Positions 35,530-44,661 of a DNA stretch of 45,334 nucleotides are shown here, piece by piece. The stretch lies in NCBI GenBank assembly GCA_047445235.1, contig JBLGEO010000019.1, positions 1-45,334 of the forward strand, written 5' to 3'. The position numbers and the translations under genes are program-made. Within the stretch, counting starts at the first letter, position 1, and each line of letters opens with the position of its first letter. The DNA is from Candidatus Dojkabacteria bacterium. Its GTDB lineage: Bacteria > Patescibacteriota > Dojkabacteria > J137. Under the pieces are notes generated by a model. It searched no databases and had not been told where the DNA came from. It worked only from the letters and a program-made list of their open reading frames with translations.

Positions 35530-36861
35530 ATGACTATAAAAAGCCGAAGAAAAAACTTCATATCACTTATATCGCTTGCGATCCTTATAGCGCTATTTAT
35601 ATTCTCCCCGATTGCTCTAAATGCACAAGTTAACATTAACAGTAGTAATGGTGGTTCTAAATCTCAGTTCTACGAATTGACAGACTCTGCAATAAGTTTT
35701 GATGAGCCAGCTCCTGCTACAGGTCAGCAAGTTAATAACGATTTTTTAAATATCTTTACTACACAAACTGTAGACTCAAATGGAAATGTAATCTATAAAA
35801 CAGTGTTTGATTCAATTTCTGAAACTATACAAGATAGTCCAATAATCCCAGACTTTATAAAAAAGTTTATAGCTAATAATAGTGTTCCAACAACCGTATC
35901 ATTCGGAGTTTTCTTAGCACTATTGCCTTTGTTAATCTCATTTCTTCCATTACTACTTGCACCACAGTTATTATTAGTTCTTTTAGCCTCTATTTTTGGA
36001 GAGAGGAAGAATGTTTTAGGTATTGTTTATGATGTTAGATCAACAAAACCAATACCATTCGTAGTTGTAAGGGTTTTTAAGGCAGGAAGTACACAACTTA
36101 TTGTTCAAAAAATTACAGATTTGCAAGGAAGATATGGGTTTGTTTTATCTGAAGGAAAATACAGAGTTTCTGTTCAACAGAGTGGATACGAATCATTTCA
36201 GAAAGATATTGAAATCACTCAAGATGTTGATTTATTCGCCGAAGACATTCCACTTGGAGCAGGCAAGAATATGAATTTTTTCCAAAAAGTTAGTATTTGG
36301 TACAGAAACCTTAGAGATTTCTTACTTAAATATTCAATTTGGTTATCAATAGTTGGTTTTTTATTTTCATTTATAGCTTTCTACTTAAGAAGATCAACAC
36401 TAGACTTAATTCTATTAGTACTTTACTCATTAATTTTAGGATTCTACTTCTTAGTCAGAGTTAAAAACTCAAGAAGAAGATGGGGAATTGTTAAAGATAG
36501 TATTACAGGTCTAGCAATTTCTGGAGCATTTGTAAGAATATTCGATAAAAAAAACAGTTTATCAGACACGCAGATAACAGATGATAGCGGTAGATACAGT
36601 TTTTATGTAGACCCTGGTGAATACTCTTTATATGCACAAGCATATGGTTATAGATTCCCATCTGATAAGCAATCAACTGAAGTTAAATCTGTGAATACTG
36701 CAAAACTATTAGGGTTCAAAGGTGATAAACCTCAATGGGTAGATAAACAAATATTTGTAGACTCAGATAAACATAGCTCAACACCTGCACCTGCATTTAA
36801 TGTAACTAATACAAAAGTATTGCCGTATAAATCAGAAAATTTAAATAGTCCTTTTAATTAA
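35530..36861 (+). CDS. membrane protein with two carboxypeptidase-regulatory-like domains
   Basis: Signal peptide and several TM helices. There are two beta-sandwich segments: GIVYDVRSTKPIPFVVVRVF..DLQGRYGFVLSEGKYRVSV and GIVKDSITGLAISGAFVRIF..DDSGRYSFYVDPGEYSLYA. Confidence 0.65.
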   Translation: MTIKSRRKNFISLISLAILIALFIFSPIALNAQVNINSSNGGSKSQFYELTDSAISFDEPAPATGQQVNNDFLNIFTTQTVDSNGNVIYKTVFDSISETIQDSPIIPDFIKKFIANNSVPTTVSFGVFLALLPLLISFLPLLLAPQLLLVLLASIFGERKNVLGIVYDVRSTKPIPFVVVRVFKAGSTQLIVQKITDLQGRYGFVLSEGKYRVSVQQSGYESFQKDIEITQDVDLFAEDIPLGAGKNMNFFQKVSIWYRNLRDFLLKYSIWLSIVGFLFSFIAFYLRRSTLDLILLVLYSLILGFYFLVRVKNSRRRWGIVKDSITGLAISGAFVRIFDKKNSLSDTQITDDSGRYSFYVDPGEYSLYAQAYGYRFPSDKQSTEVKSVNTAKLLGFKGDKPQWVDKQIFVDSDKHSSTPAPAFNVTNTKVLPYKSENLNSPFN

Positions 36862-36876
36862 TCATACTAATTGCAA

Positions 36877-39800
36877 ATGAATAAGATACTTTCAAAAAAC
36901 ACAAGAATGCTGCTAGCAATAGTATTAACTATGTTTCTTACAGTTAACATTAAATTAACTGCACAGACAAAGAACACTATAGAGTATAAAACTTCTATAA
37001 TAGACCAAAATCAAAAACCAATGCCAGACGGAAATTACAATTTCAGATTTGCAATTTATAATTCTGCAAATGGTGGATCTGCATTATGGAGTGAGGACAG
37101 GTTTGGTGTCCAAGTAAGAAGGGCAGCGATTAGTATAGACTTAGGAAGTATAAATCCGTTCCCACAAAATCTTTTCAAAAATACATCACTCTACCTACAG
37201 GTTTGTATGGATGCAAATTTAGCTGGTGGAGATGGAAGTGGAGAATGTGCAGGAGCATTTGAAGAAAATTTCAAACCAAGGAAAGTAGTTACAGGTGTAC
37301 CATGGGCATTTAATGCAACATCGCTAGGACCAGTAAATACTAACACAGGAGAAACAGCGTATAATCTAGAAACATTTGGTAGTGATAGTACTCTTTTAAA
37401 CTTAAGTTTTAACGATATATCAAAATTTTCAGTTAATTCAACAGGAACAGTTAAATTGACAACTGACTCTGATATTTTCTTTGGAGATACAATATCATTA
37501 AGAAATTCTGATTCTCCAGAAACTGCAGGAGCAAATATGGTTGGAGTATCTACTGTTGGTTTACAAAATCTTACTGGAAATAACCTACAGACTGTACTAA
37601 CAAACTTAGATCCATTATTAAGATGGAAAGCAAATGGAGCATCAGTGTTTTATAACGGAGGAAATGTTGGAATTGGAACAAACGGCCCGGCCTATGCTTT
37701 AGATGTTGTAGGTACAGGTAATTTCTCAAATGGAATTATTGTAGGAGGTAATACAAATGCAGTAGCTGGTGGGATTAGATTTAATGGTGGAAATTTTGAA
37801 GGTTTTAATGGAGTTGTTTGGGCACCTTTGGGCGGAGGCTCATCTGCCACTACTGATAATGGAGCAGGTTTAACTTATGTTACAAATACAACTAACTCAT
37901 TTGCAATTGGTGGAGCAACTGCAACTGCACCTTTCTCATTTGATCCTATAGCAGGTGCTTTAATTAGGAGAAATACAACAATTAGAAACGACCCGGCTAC
38001 TATAATGCCAAACTTACTAACGTTAGACTCTTCTGGTGCATTTGCACAAGTTGGAGGTAATAAGAATGGAATTACAGGTACTTTTGCCTATACACCAAAC
38101 GCCGGTGATGGAACTCAAATTTATAATACTCAAGAATCAGTCTTAGTAATTAATGCAGGTGATGGTACAGATATTGATAGAGCTAGAGGTTTTAGAACAA
38201 CGATTGTAAATAACTCTAGTGGATTAGTAGGAGGTGCTTTCAATTTCTCAGGAATAAATACTAACAACGCTACTGAACAATTTCAAACAGGATTAAATGC
38301 AACACTTCAAAATAACGGAACTATTACAGGACAAATGTCTGCAGTTACTGGAAATTCCAATAACTCTGGAGACTCTGGTTTCTTTACAGTAGGTGTTTCA
38401 GGTACCACTACAAACAACGTAGGAGGAACAACGGATCAACTAGCTGGTGGATATTTTCAAACAACGAATAATGGAACAACCGACTTTCAATATGCAAGTA
38501 GAAGTATAGTTAATAATAATGGAGTTATCAATATTGCTTTAGAGGGGACATTAAATGGAGTAGATAATGACGGATCGGCTCCAGTAATGTATGGATTTAA
38601 AACAAGTGCTTCAAATAACGCACCAGGAATAATAGGAAGTGATACTTTTGGAATACATAATGACGCAGATAATGCTGGAACTGTAGGAGCATTGAAGGCA
38701 ACTTATAATATTGCAGCAAACGGTAACATTGTTGGTGGTGACCTTACAGGAATAGAAAATCATTCTGTAAACAATGGAAATGTAGGCGCTAATCAAAGAG
38801 GTATAGAAAATGATATTAATAATGGCGGGAGTGTTTCAGGCAACTTGATAGGATATGATGCTAACGTTTTCAATGGCGGTACAGTAGGTGGAGATCTAAT
38901 TGGGCTTTATTCAGCTGTAACATCATCTGGTACCCAGGGTAATAAGTATGGATTGCTTTCAACTGACGGTACTACTATTGTTCATTTAAATTCAAACGAT
39001 ACTTATGCAATTGATACTACAGGTGGAGCAGTAAAATTTAGTAATCAAGCAATAGTGGGAAATAGCATTGGTGCAGATGAAGCTGGAGCAATTAGATTTA
39101 ACGGAGCGACTTTTCAAGGATTTGACGGAGCAATATGGAACTCTTTAGGAGGAAGTGGCTTTAGTCAATGGGGTAATAATGGTGCAGATATTTTCTTTGA
39201 TACCGGAAATGTTGGAATTGGAACAAATGCTCCAGATCCAGCAGCAATGCTAGATGTTAATGGAAGAGCTAGAATAGTTGATGGGCTAGGAATAGGCCAA
39301 CTAAATGATTTTGCTTATCTTCTAGAAGTAAATGGAGCAGCTCAATTTGCAAATGAAATTGTAGTCGGAAACAGTTTAGCAGATGTAACTGGTGGGATTA
39401 GATTTAACGGGACTGATTTCCAAGGTTACGATGGAGTTTCTTGGAATAATCTTGGTGCAGGTGGAGGTTCGAGCCAATGGTTAAATAATGGTGCAGATAT
39501 TTATTTTGATACAGGCTCTGTAGGTATTGGTTCAACATCAAGTGGTAACTTTGCACTAGAGGTAACAGGACAAATTTACTCAACAAACGGTATTGTTACA
39601 GACGGTCAAGTAGCAATTGGCACAACCATAGGAGCATATACTTTTGAAGTGAATGGTAGTTCTAATATTAGTGGTGAGGCAACGTTTGGTAATAGCGTTG
39701 GAATTCAAAGTGCTCCAGATCCAGCATATGGATTAACAGTATCGGGGTTTACCCATCTAACTACTGATACAAGAATAGATTCTGCATTAACTATTGGAGT

Positions 39801-40440
39801 GGGAGCAGATCCAGGAGGACTTTATACTCTAGAAGTAACTGGTCAATCATTATTTAATGATAATATTGGGATTAATACAGCACCAGATAACTTATTTGCC
39901 TTAAACATTTTGGGAGATGTAAATGTTAACGGAACTATATATGTTCAAAACGGAGCTCTTTGCGTGGATGGTGGAACAGGATGTCCAGCATTATCACCAG
40001 GAGGAATTTATGGAGACTTAGCTTATGAAGAGTTTGATGTTGCTGAGAATATCTTAGCAAATGCAGACGTAGAAGCTGGGGACATTGTCAGCGGATTGAA
40101 TGGACAGCAGGAAGTTGTTAGAAAAACAGAAATTGCAAATGAGTCGACAATGTTAGGAGTTATTTCTACAAACCCTGGCTCTCTTGGAGGATTTAACTTA
40201 AAACCTCGAGATGGATTTAAGGTATTGCCATTTGTATTAAGTGGTAGAGTACCGGTAAAGGTTTCAACTGAAAATGGCAGAATCAATGTTGGAGATGCTA
40301 TTACAAGCTCGTCAGTACCAGGAGTAGGAATGAAGGCTACTGACTCTAAAGTAAAGATCTTAGGTTATGCGATGCAAACTTATGATGCAGCTGGTGTTGG
40401 AGAGATTATTGTAATATTCCAACCAGGGTACTTACCATAA
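36877..40440 (+). CDS. 1187-aa secreted repeat protein, tail-fibre-like / beta-helical
   Basis: Signal peptide MNKILSKNTRMLLAIVLTMFLTVNIKLTAQ. I prefer ATG 36877 to the track's TTG 36871. It has recurring modules G(N/S)VGIG(T/S) and IRFNG..F.G(F/Y)(N/D)G..W..LG, and an Asn/Gly-rich central repeat region. Confidence 0.8.
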   Translation: MNKILSKNTRMLLAIVLTMFLTVNIKLTAQTKNTIEYKTSIIDQNQKPMPDGNYNFRFAIYNSANGGSALWSEDRFGVQVRRAAISIDLGSINPFPQNLFKNTSLYLQVCMDANLAGGDGSGECAGAFEENFKPRKVVTGVPWAFNATSLGPVNTNTGETAYNLETFGSDSTLLNLSFNDISKFSVNSTGTVKLTTDSDIFFGDTISLRNSDSPETAGANMVGVSTVGLQNLTGNNLQTVLTNLDPLLRWKANGASVFYNGGNVGIGTNGPAYALDVVGTGNFSNGIIVGGNTNAVAGGIRFNGGNFEGFNGVVWAPLGGGSSATTDNGAGLTYVTNTTNSFAIGGATATAPFSFDPIAGALIRRNTTIRNDPATIMPNLLTLDSSGAFAQVGGNKNGITGTFAYTPNAGDGTQIYNTQESVLVINAGDGTDIDRARGFRTTIVNNSSGLVGGAFNFSGINTNNATEQFQTGLNATLQNNGTITGQMSAVTGNSNNSGDSGFFTVGVSGTTTNNVGGTTDQLAGGYFQTTNNGTTDFQYASRSIVNNNGVINIALEGTLNGVDNDGSAPVMYGFKTSASNNAPGIIGSDTFGIHNDADNAGTVGALKATYNIAANGNIVGGDLTGIENHSVNNGNVGANQRGIENDINNGGSVSGNLIGYDANVFNGGTVGGDLIGLYSAVTSSGTQGNKYGLLSTDGTTIVHLNSNDTYAIDTTGGAVKFSNQAIVGNSIGADEAGAIRFNGATFQGFDGAIWNSLGGSGFSQWGNNGADIFFDTGNVGIGTNAPDPAAMLDVNGRARIVDGLGIGQLNDFAYLLEVNGAAQFANEIVVGNSLADVTGGIRFNGTDFQGYDGVSWNNLGAGGGSSQWLNNGADIYFDTGSVGIGSTSSGNFALEVTGQIYSTNGIVTDGQVAIGTTIGAYTFEVNGSSNISGEATFGNSVGIQSAPDPAYGLTVSGFTHLTTDTRIDSALTIGVGADPGGLYTLEVTGQSLFNDNIGINTAPDNLFALNILGDVNVNGTIYVQNGALCVDGGTGCPALSPGGIYGDLAYEEFDVAENILANADVEAGDIVSGLNGQQEVVRKTEIANESTMLGVISTNPGSLGGFNLKPRDGFKVLPFVLSGRVPVKVSTENGRINVGDAITSSSVPGVGMKATDSKVKILGYAMQTYDAAGVGEIIVIFQPGYLP

Positions 40441-40448
40441 TAGTTTAG

Positions 40449-40467
40449 AGTTACGAGTTGTGGGTTA
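40449..40467 (+). repeat. left arm of the split palindromic repeat (copy C)
   Basis: AGTTACGAGTTGTGGGTTA pairs with 40704-40722 over 19 bp (one A.C mismatch, one G.U pair). It fits the arm consensus GTTWCGNGTTGYGRGTTR shared with copies A and B. Confidence 0.8.
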
Positions 40468-40487
40468 CTAGTTTAATAAAATTAAGA

Positions 40488-40515
40488 GAGTCCGCCTAGG
40501 TGGACTCTTTCTTTA
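40488..40515 (+). terminator. intrinsic terminator of the 36877..40440 gene
   Basis: GAGTCCGC-CTAG-GTGGACTC is an 8-bp stem including one G.U pair, followed by TTTCTTTAT. Confidence 0.8.
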
Positions 40516-40693
40516 TGGTGTTATTTGATCCTAAGTCAGCATTATACAAGGCTGTGTCACAGCCTATTCATAATCCCTGAGTACTTCGGCAAGCTCAGTA
40601 TAAACTCCGTCGAGGGATCTCTCACAGCAGAGTGATTCCTCCGCTCATTTCATCCTGCTATTGCGGGACTTATTCGGTCGAAATGATCAAAGT

Positions 40694-40722
40694 ATTCAAC
40701 CCTTAACCCGCAACCCGTAACT
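40694..40722 (+). repeat. right arm of the split palindromic repeat (copy C)
   Basis: ATTCAACCCTTAACCCGCAACCCGTAAC (40694-40721) matches 34214-34241 of copy B at 25 of 28 positions. It is also complementary to 40449-40467. Confidence 0.8.
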
Positions 40723-40806
40723 TCTATTCCTGCCAGGTATTCAGAGTAATGTAACTTATCATGTGATTAAGTGCCAGACGAAGACTATTGGTGGTAATGT
40801 ACAGAA

Positions 40807-42360
40807 TTATTCTGCCAATTGCTTTTCGGACCATTTAATTCTTTTTGCATGGTCTTGGCCGAACATCATTCTTGTTGTTGCTTCCACAAATGGTAAGAAA
40901 CTGAAGGTAAGAAGAGACACTATATTTAAAGGAAGCTCTATTATTAAGAGTAAAGCTAATTTAAGATAGCTCATATCTTTTGGTTTTTCTGGGATTAAAA
41001 GGATTTTTAGAATTGCAGTAGGGATCAAGAATATACTAGTAATGTTTAATATAGTAGAAATCATTCTTGGTGCTGTAAACGAAACAACGTAGTTATCTAA
41101 CTCATGGTTTAACAACAATAAAATTGGGATACCAAATGCAATTAAAAACGCTATAACTTTACTAAGCACAAATACTTCAATTAAGTGAATTGCCTTTGTT
41201 ATTCGCTCAATAAAGCTTATTTTTGAAGCAGAAAAAATAGTTTTAATACCTATTGGGAAACTAATAACTCCCCAACCCCATCTTAGGTACTGTTTGTATT
41301 GATCAAAGTGATTCTTAATATACTTAGGATCGTAAATAGCATCTGCAGAAAGTGGAATAAAGAATACTTCGCAGTGCCAGTCTGCATTTAAATATAGATA
41401 TGGTCTCCAGTAGAATGTTGTATCGTCAATACCAAGAGATGTATCCCAATAGTTTACTTTCTTCATTAAGTCTAAACTTAAGGTATAGCAAGAGAAAGTT
41501 TCTCTTCTATTTCTCTCCATTACAGAAGAAGCTAGAATTGGTATTGTTAAACTTATTGATAGGATTCTTATAAATAGAGGAACATCCCAATAGTTATTAT
41601 TAAATGTATATACTGCAGTTTGATAGTATTTCTGGCTTCGCTTATCTGCTTGTAGCCATTTATATGCTAGAGCAGAGAAGTAATCTTTATGAAAAGTAAT
41701 ATCACCGTCTGGTGCTGTTATAAGAAAATCTTTAATATTTTCTCCTCGTTTTTCTAATTCTTCTACAGAATTTCTGGCTCCCCAAGTTCTATTTGCAGCA
41801 GCACCAATTGCTTCCCCAGTCATTCCGTCTGGGTGAGTAAAACACATTAACCTATCTCCAAAAAAATCTCCAAAATCTCTTTTTAGATACTCGCCTCTTT
41901 TTGCGTACTCTGGGTCTTTGATTGCTTTTCTTTGTTCTATAGAGACAGTCAGGTAAAGTTTTTCTTTTGGATAGTTTTGAGCAATAATTCCTCTAATAGT
42001 TCTGCTTAGAACGTCGTAACTTTCTCCATAGTTTGCAATAACAATGAGTTGTTTTGGGAAGAGATCTGCTGGAACTTCTTCTGGATTAGGAAATTTACTT
42101 CTGTCTAGTTTCTTACATTCTTCTAACCAGTTCTTGCCCATATCAATTCTGTATCGTACGTATCCTATTGAACCTCCAACTGTTACAATTAGCGCTCTGA
42201 ATAGCCAATAAACTGAAAGAACAATTATAAAGTTTATAATTAGAAGCGGAATAGAGTTACTTCCAATAATTGGTAGTAATATTAAAAACCACATTAAAAA
42301 ACCAGGAATTATTTCTAAAACTCTCTGAATAATTTTATCTAAGTTCCATTTATTTTCCAT
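40807..42360 (-). CDS. membrane-embedded family 2 glycosyltransferase (processive, CesA/synthase-like)
   Basis: TM helices flank a cytoplasmic GT-A domain (VIANYGESYDVL, APDGD). There is a QYLRW (QxxRW) motif before the C-terminal TM bundle. Confidence 0.7.
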   Translation of the reverse strand: MENKWNLDKIIQRVLEIIPGFLMWFLILLPIIGSNSIPLLIINFIIVLSVYWLFRALIVTVGGSIGYVRYRIDMGKNWLEECKKLDRSKFPNPEEVPADLFPKQLIVIANYGESYDVLSRTIRGIIAQNYPKEKLYLTVSIEQRKAIKDPEYAKRGEYLKRDFGDFFGDRLMCFTHPDGMTGEAIGAAANRTWGARNSVEELEKRGENIKDFLITAPDGDITFHKDYFSALAYKWLQADKRSQKYYQTAVYTFNNNYWDVPLFIRILSISLTIPILASSVMERNRRETFSCYTLSLDLMKKVNYWDTSLGIDDTTFYWRPYLYLNADWHCEVFFIPLSADAIYDPKYIKNHFDQYKQYLRWGWGVISFPIGIKTIFSASKISFIERITKAIHLIEVFVLSKVIAFLIAFGIPILLLLNHELDNYVVSFTAPRMISTILNITSIFLIPTAILKILLIPEKPKDMSYLKLALLLIIELPLNIVSLLTFSFLPFVEATTRMMFGQDHAKRIKWSEKQLAE

Positions 42361-42408
42361 ATATAATTATAACATTTTAGTCACATTTTTATATATTCCT
42401 AGTATATA

Positions 42409-43545
42409 TTAGAACGGTACATAGGGAGCAGGGTCTACTGCCACGTTATCTTTAAATAGACTTAAATGCAAGTGGACTCCTGTGCTATTTCCAGTTGTTC
42501 CCATAAACATAATTAATTGTCCTTGCTCTACATGATCCCCTTTCTTAACCCAAATGTCACCGTTTCCATGATAATAGTGGCTAACAATTCCACCTCCATG
42601 GTCAATTCTAACGTTATAACCTTCACCATACTCAGACCAACCTGCATAAGTAACGACGCCACTAGCAATAGCAGAGATTGGACATCCAGGCCACATTGCT
42701 AGGTCCACACCATTGTGATAACTTAAAAAACCTCTAGACTCCGAATAACCAGCACACCTTGAATCTTGTAAAGGATTAGTGAACACACCTGTCGGAATAT
42801 CTGCTAACTCTGCAATACCATTGTTTTTAATATTTCCATCAGGAATAAAAAGTTTCTGTCCAGAAGAAAGTGTGTATGGTTCATTTAAATTATTAAATTG
42901 CTCAATATTAAATTTATTAGCTTCTGTATTAGTAAGGCTAGCTGTGTTAATAATACTGTCAATTGTATCTCCGTTTTTAACCTCGTATAAAACCCCGTTT
43001 ATCTCTGGAATAACTAATGTTGTTCCTTCATCTAGTTTTCCTGAAAGAATTGCTCCAACGCTGAGTGTTTTTACGTTGGCCCATCTTATTGTATCTGTAG
43101 TAATTTTAAATTGAGCTGAAACTGAACTTAAAGTATCTCCACTTATAACTGTATACTTTTGTGTGTTTACTCCTAGGCCAAAATCACTAGATTCTGCTAC
43201 AGTTTGAATTGATCCACCTTGTGCTAGTAAATCGTTAGAACTAAATATTCCGTTAGATTTTTCAATTCCATTTGCACTAGCCTCTATTCTAGAGAATAAT
43301 CCAAATACAACTATACTTATCGTAATAAAAAGGAGAATAACGTGAGAAATATTTTTATAAGCATAACTTCGTCCCCAGAAAAGTTTACTAACTAATTTCG
43401 ATTTACCCTTGCTAACCATTACACTTGTACCTCTTGAAAATTTTAGTGCAACATCCTTTGCTGCATCTTTAGAGGCATTAAGTCTTTGTATTCTTGGATC
43501 AGGCTCAGGTTTCTTTTTTCTTATATAGATTACTTTCTGATTCAT
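42409..43545 (-). CDS. LysM-domain M23 family metallopeptidase
   Basis: TM anchor and two LysM-type segments (YTVISGDTLSSVSAQF.., YEVKNGDTIDSII). The M23 motifs are HNGVD (HxxxD) and GVHLHLSLF (HxH). Confidence 0.85.
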   Translation of the reverse strand: MNQKVIYIRKKKPEPDPRIQRLNASKDAAKDVALKFSRGTSVMVSKGKSKLVSKLFWGRSYAYKNISHVILLFITISIVVFGLFSRIEASANGIEKSNGIFSSNDLLAQGGSIQTVAESSDFGLGVNTQKYTVISGDTLSSVSAQFKITTDTIRWANVKTLSVGAILSGKLDEGTTLVIPEINGVLYEVKNGDTIDSIINTASLTNTEANKFNIEQFNNLNEPYTLSSGQKLFIPDGNIKNNGIAELADIPTGVFTNPLQDSRCAGYSESRGFLSYHNGVDLAMWPGCPISAIASGVVTYAGWSEYGEGYNVRIDHGGGIVSHYYHGNGDIWVKKGDHVEQGQLIMFMGTTGNSTGVHLHLSLFKDNVAVDPAPYVPF

Positions 43546-43546
43546 T

Positions 43547-43804
43547 TTATTTAAAGGCTTCTTCTAATTGCTTCCAAGATGGCTCGACTAAAATTTCTTG
43601 AGTATCATCTTGCCTATCTATAATTATTATTGGAACACTTCTATAACCTCCATTTATTTCTAGAACTATAGCTGCAGCATTTACATCCTCATCAATATTG
43701 ATGGTTTCGTTTACAATTATGTTATTTTCGGCAAAAAATCTATCAGCCAAGAAGCAATCCCCGCAGAATGTAGTTTTGTATAGTTTTATACTTTTATATT
43801 TCAT
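43547..43804 (-). CDS. glutaredoxin/NrdH-like small redoxin
   Basis: 85 aa with a CGDC (CxxC) motif after the first beta-strand (KLYKTTFCGDC) and SVPIIII in the thioredoxin-fold position. Confidence 0.65.
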   Translation of the reverse strand: MKYKSIKLYKTTFCGDCFLADRFFAENNIIVNETINIDEDVNAAAIVLEINGGYRSVPIIIIDRQDDTQEILVEPSWKQLEEAFK

Positions 43805-43820
43805 GGGTTAGAGATGAAGA

Positions 43821-43846
43821 AGCGATCCCGACAAATCGGGATCGCT
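43821..43846 (-). terminator. 11-bp stem-loop between lemA and the redoxin gene (terminator or attenuator)
   Basis: AGCGATCCCGA-CAAA-TCGGGATCGCT. On the minus strand it is followed by CTTCTTCATCT, which is only moderately U-rich. Confidence 0.5.
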
Positions 43847-43855
43847 TATATGATA

Positions 43856-44434
43856 TTAGAACTGTACCTTAACGTTTTCTCTTTCTTCAGCTCCAGAAAC
43901 TTCGAAGAACTTTCTTGGCATTATTTTAAAGAAACCAGCAATAACACTGTTTGGAAAAGTTGTTATTTTTAGGTTTAAGTCTCTTACAGTACCGTTGTAG
44001 TATCTTCTTGCAGATTCTAAGTCCGTTTCTATTTCTTGTAATGAAGTTTGAAGCTTCATGAAGTTTTCATTAGACTTTAGTTCAGGATAATTTTCTGCAA
44101 CAGCAAATAAAGTTTTTAATGTACTTCTTAATTCACCCTCCATTTTCCCTAACTTCTCTGGATCTGATCCAGCATTCATCATTCCGGATCTTAAAGCTGC
44201 TACTTTCTCGAAAACATCTTTCTCTTGTTTTGCATATCCTTTTACAGTTTCTACAAGATTAGGAATTAAATCGTATCTCTTTTTAAGTTGAACATCTATC
44301 CCGCTCCAAGCTTCATCTATCAATACACCTAAGCTTCTTAATGAGTTGTAAATTCCAAGAACTAAGATTGCAACAACACCCGCAATCACTGCAAAAATGC
44401 AAAGACAGGCAAGTAGAATAGCTAATATGTCCAT
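43856..44434 (-). CDS. lemA: LemA family protein
   Basis: N-terminal TM helix followed by [55 protein letters not shown]..YN, the typical LemA pattern. Confidence 0.88.
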   Translation of the reverse strand: [192 protein letters not shown]

Positions 44435-44661
44435 ATCAATACTTTAATAAATATATGGTTCTATTATAGTTCACTAAAAAGATATCTGCAAATATTAAAA
44501 CTACTCGTAAATTCATCGAAAACTTTTACTGGACTTTATATATAACTATTTTATATAATCAGTATAAAACTTAAAGAGTTCTCTGAAGGAGAACGAAATT
44601 TAGTTTTAACTGTCCTGAGTTTATCGAAGGACCTAATAGTTTTAGTTATTATATTTTCTAA

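Noticed and set aside
40521-40700. Known ncRNA classes for the G+C-rich insert: hammerhead (CUGAUGA...GAAA), tmRNA, RNase P (GAGGAAAGUCCGG), SRP domain IV, 6S.
   Set aside because: CTGAGTA and CGAAA are present but do not form the hammerhead core. None of the universal motifs of the other classes is present. The length and layout do not fit them either. It remains an unclassified candidate.
36877-44434. Possible prophage remnant: tail-fibre-like protein, M23/LysM peptidase, small redoxin, LemA.
   Set aside because: There are no capsid, portal, terminase, integrase or repressor genes. The genes lie on opposite strands in ordinary operon contexts with a GT2 synthase. The content is more consistent with envelope biology.
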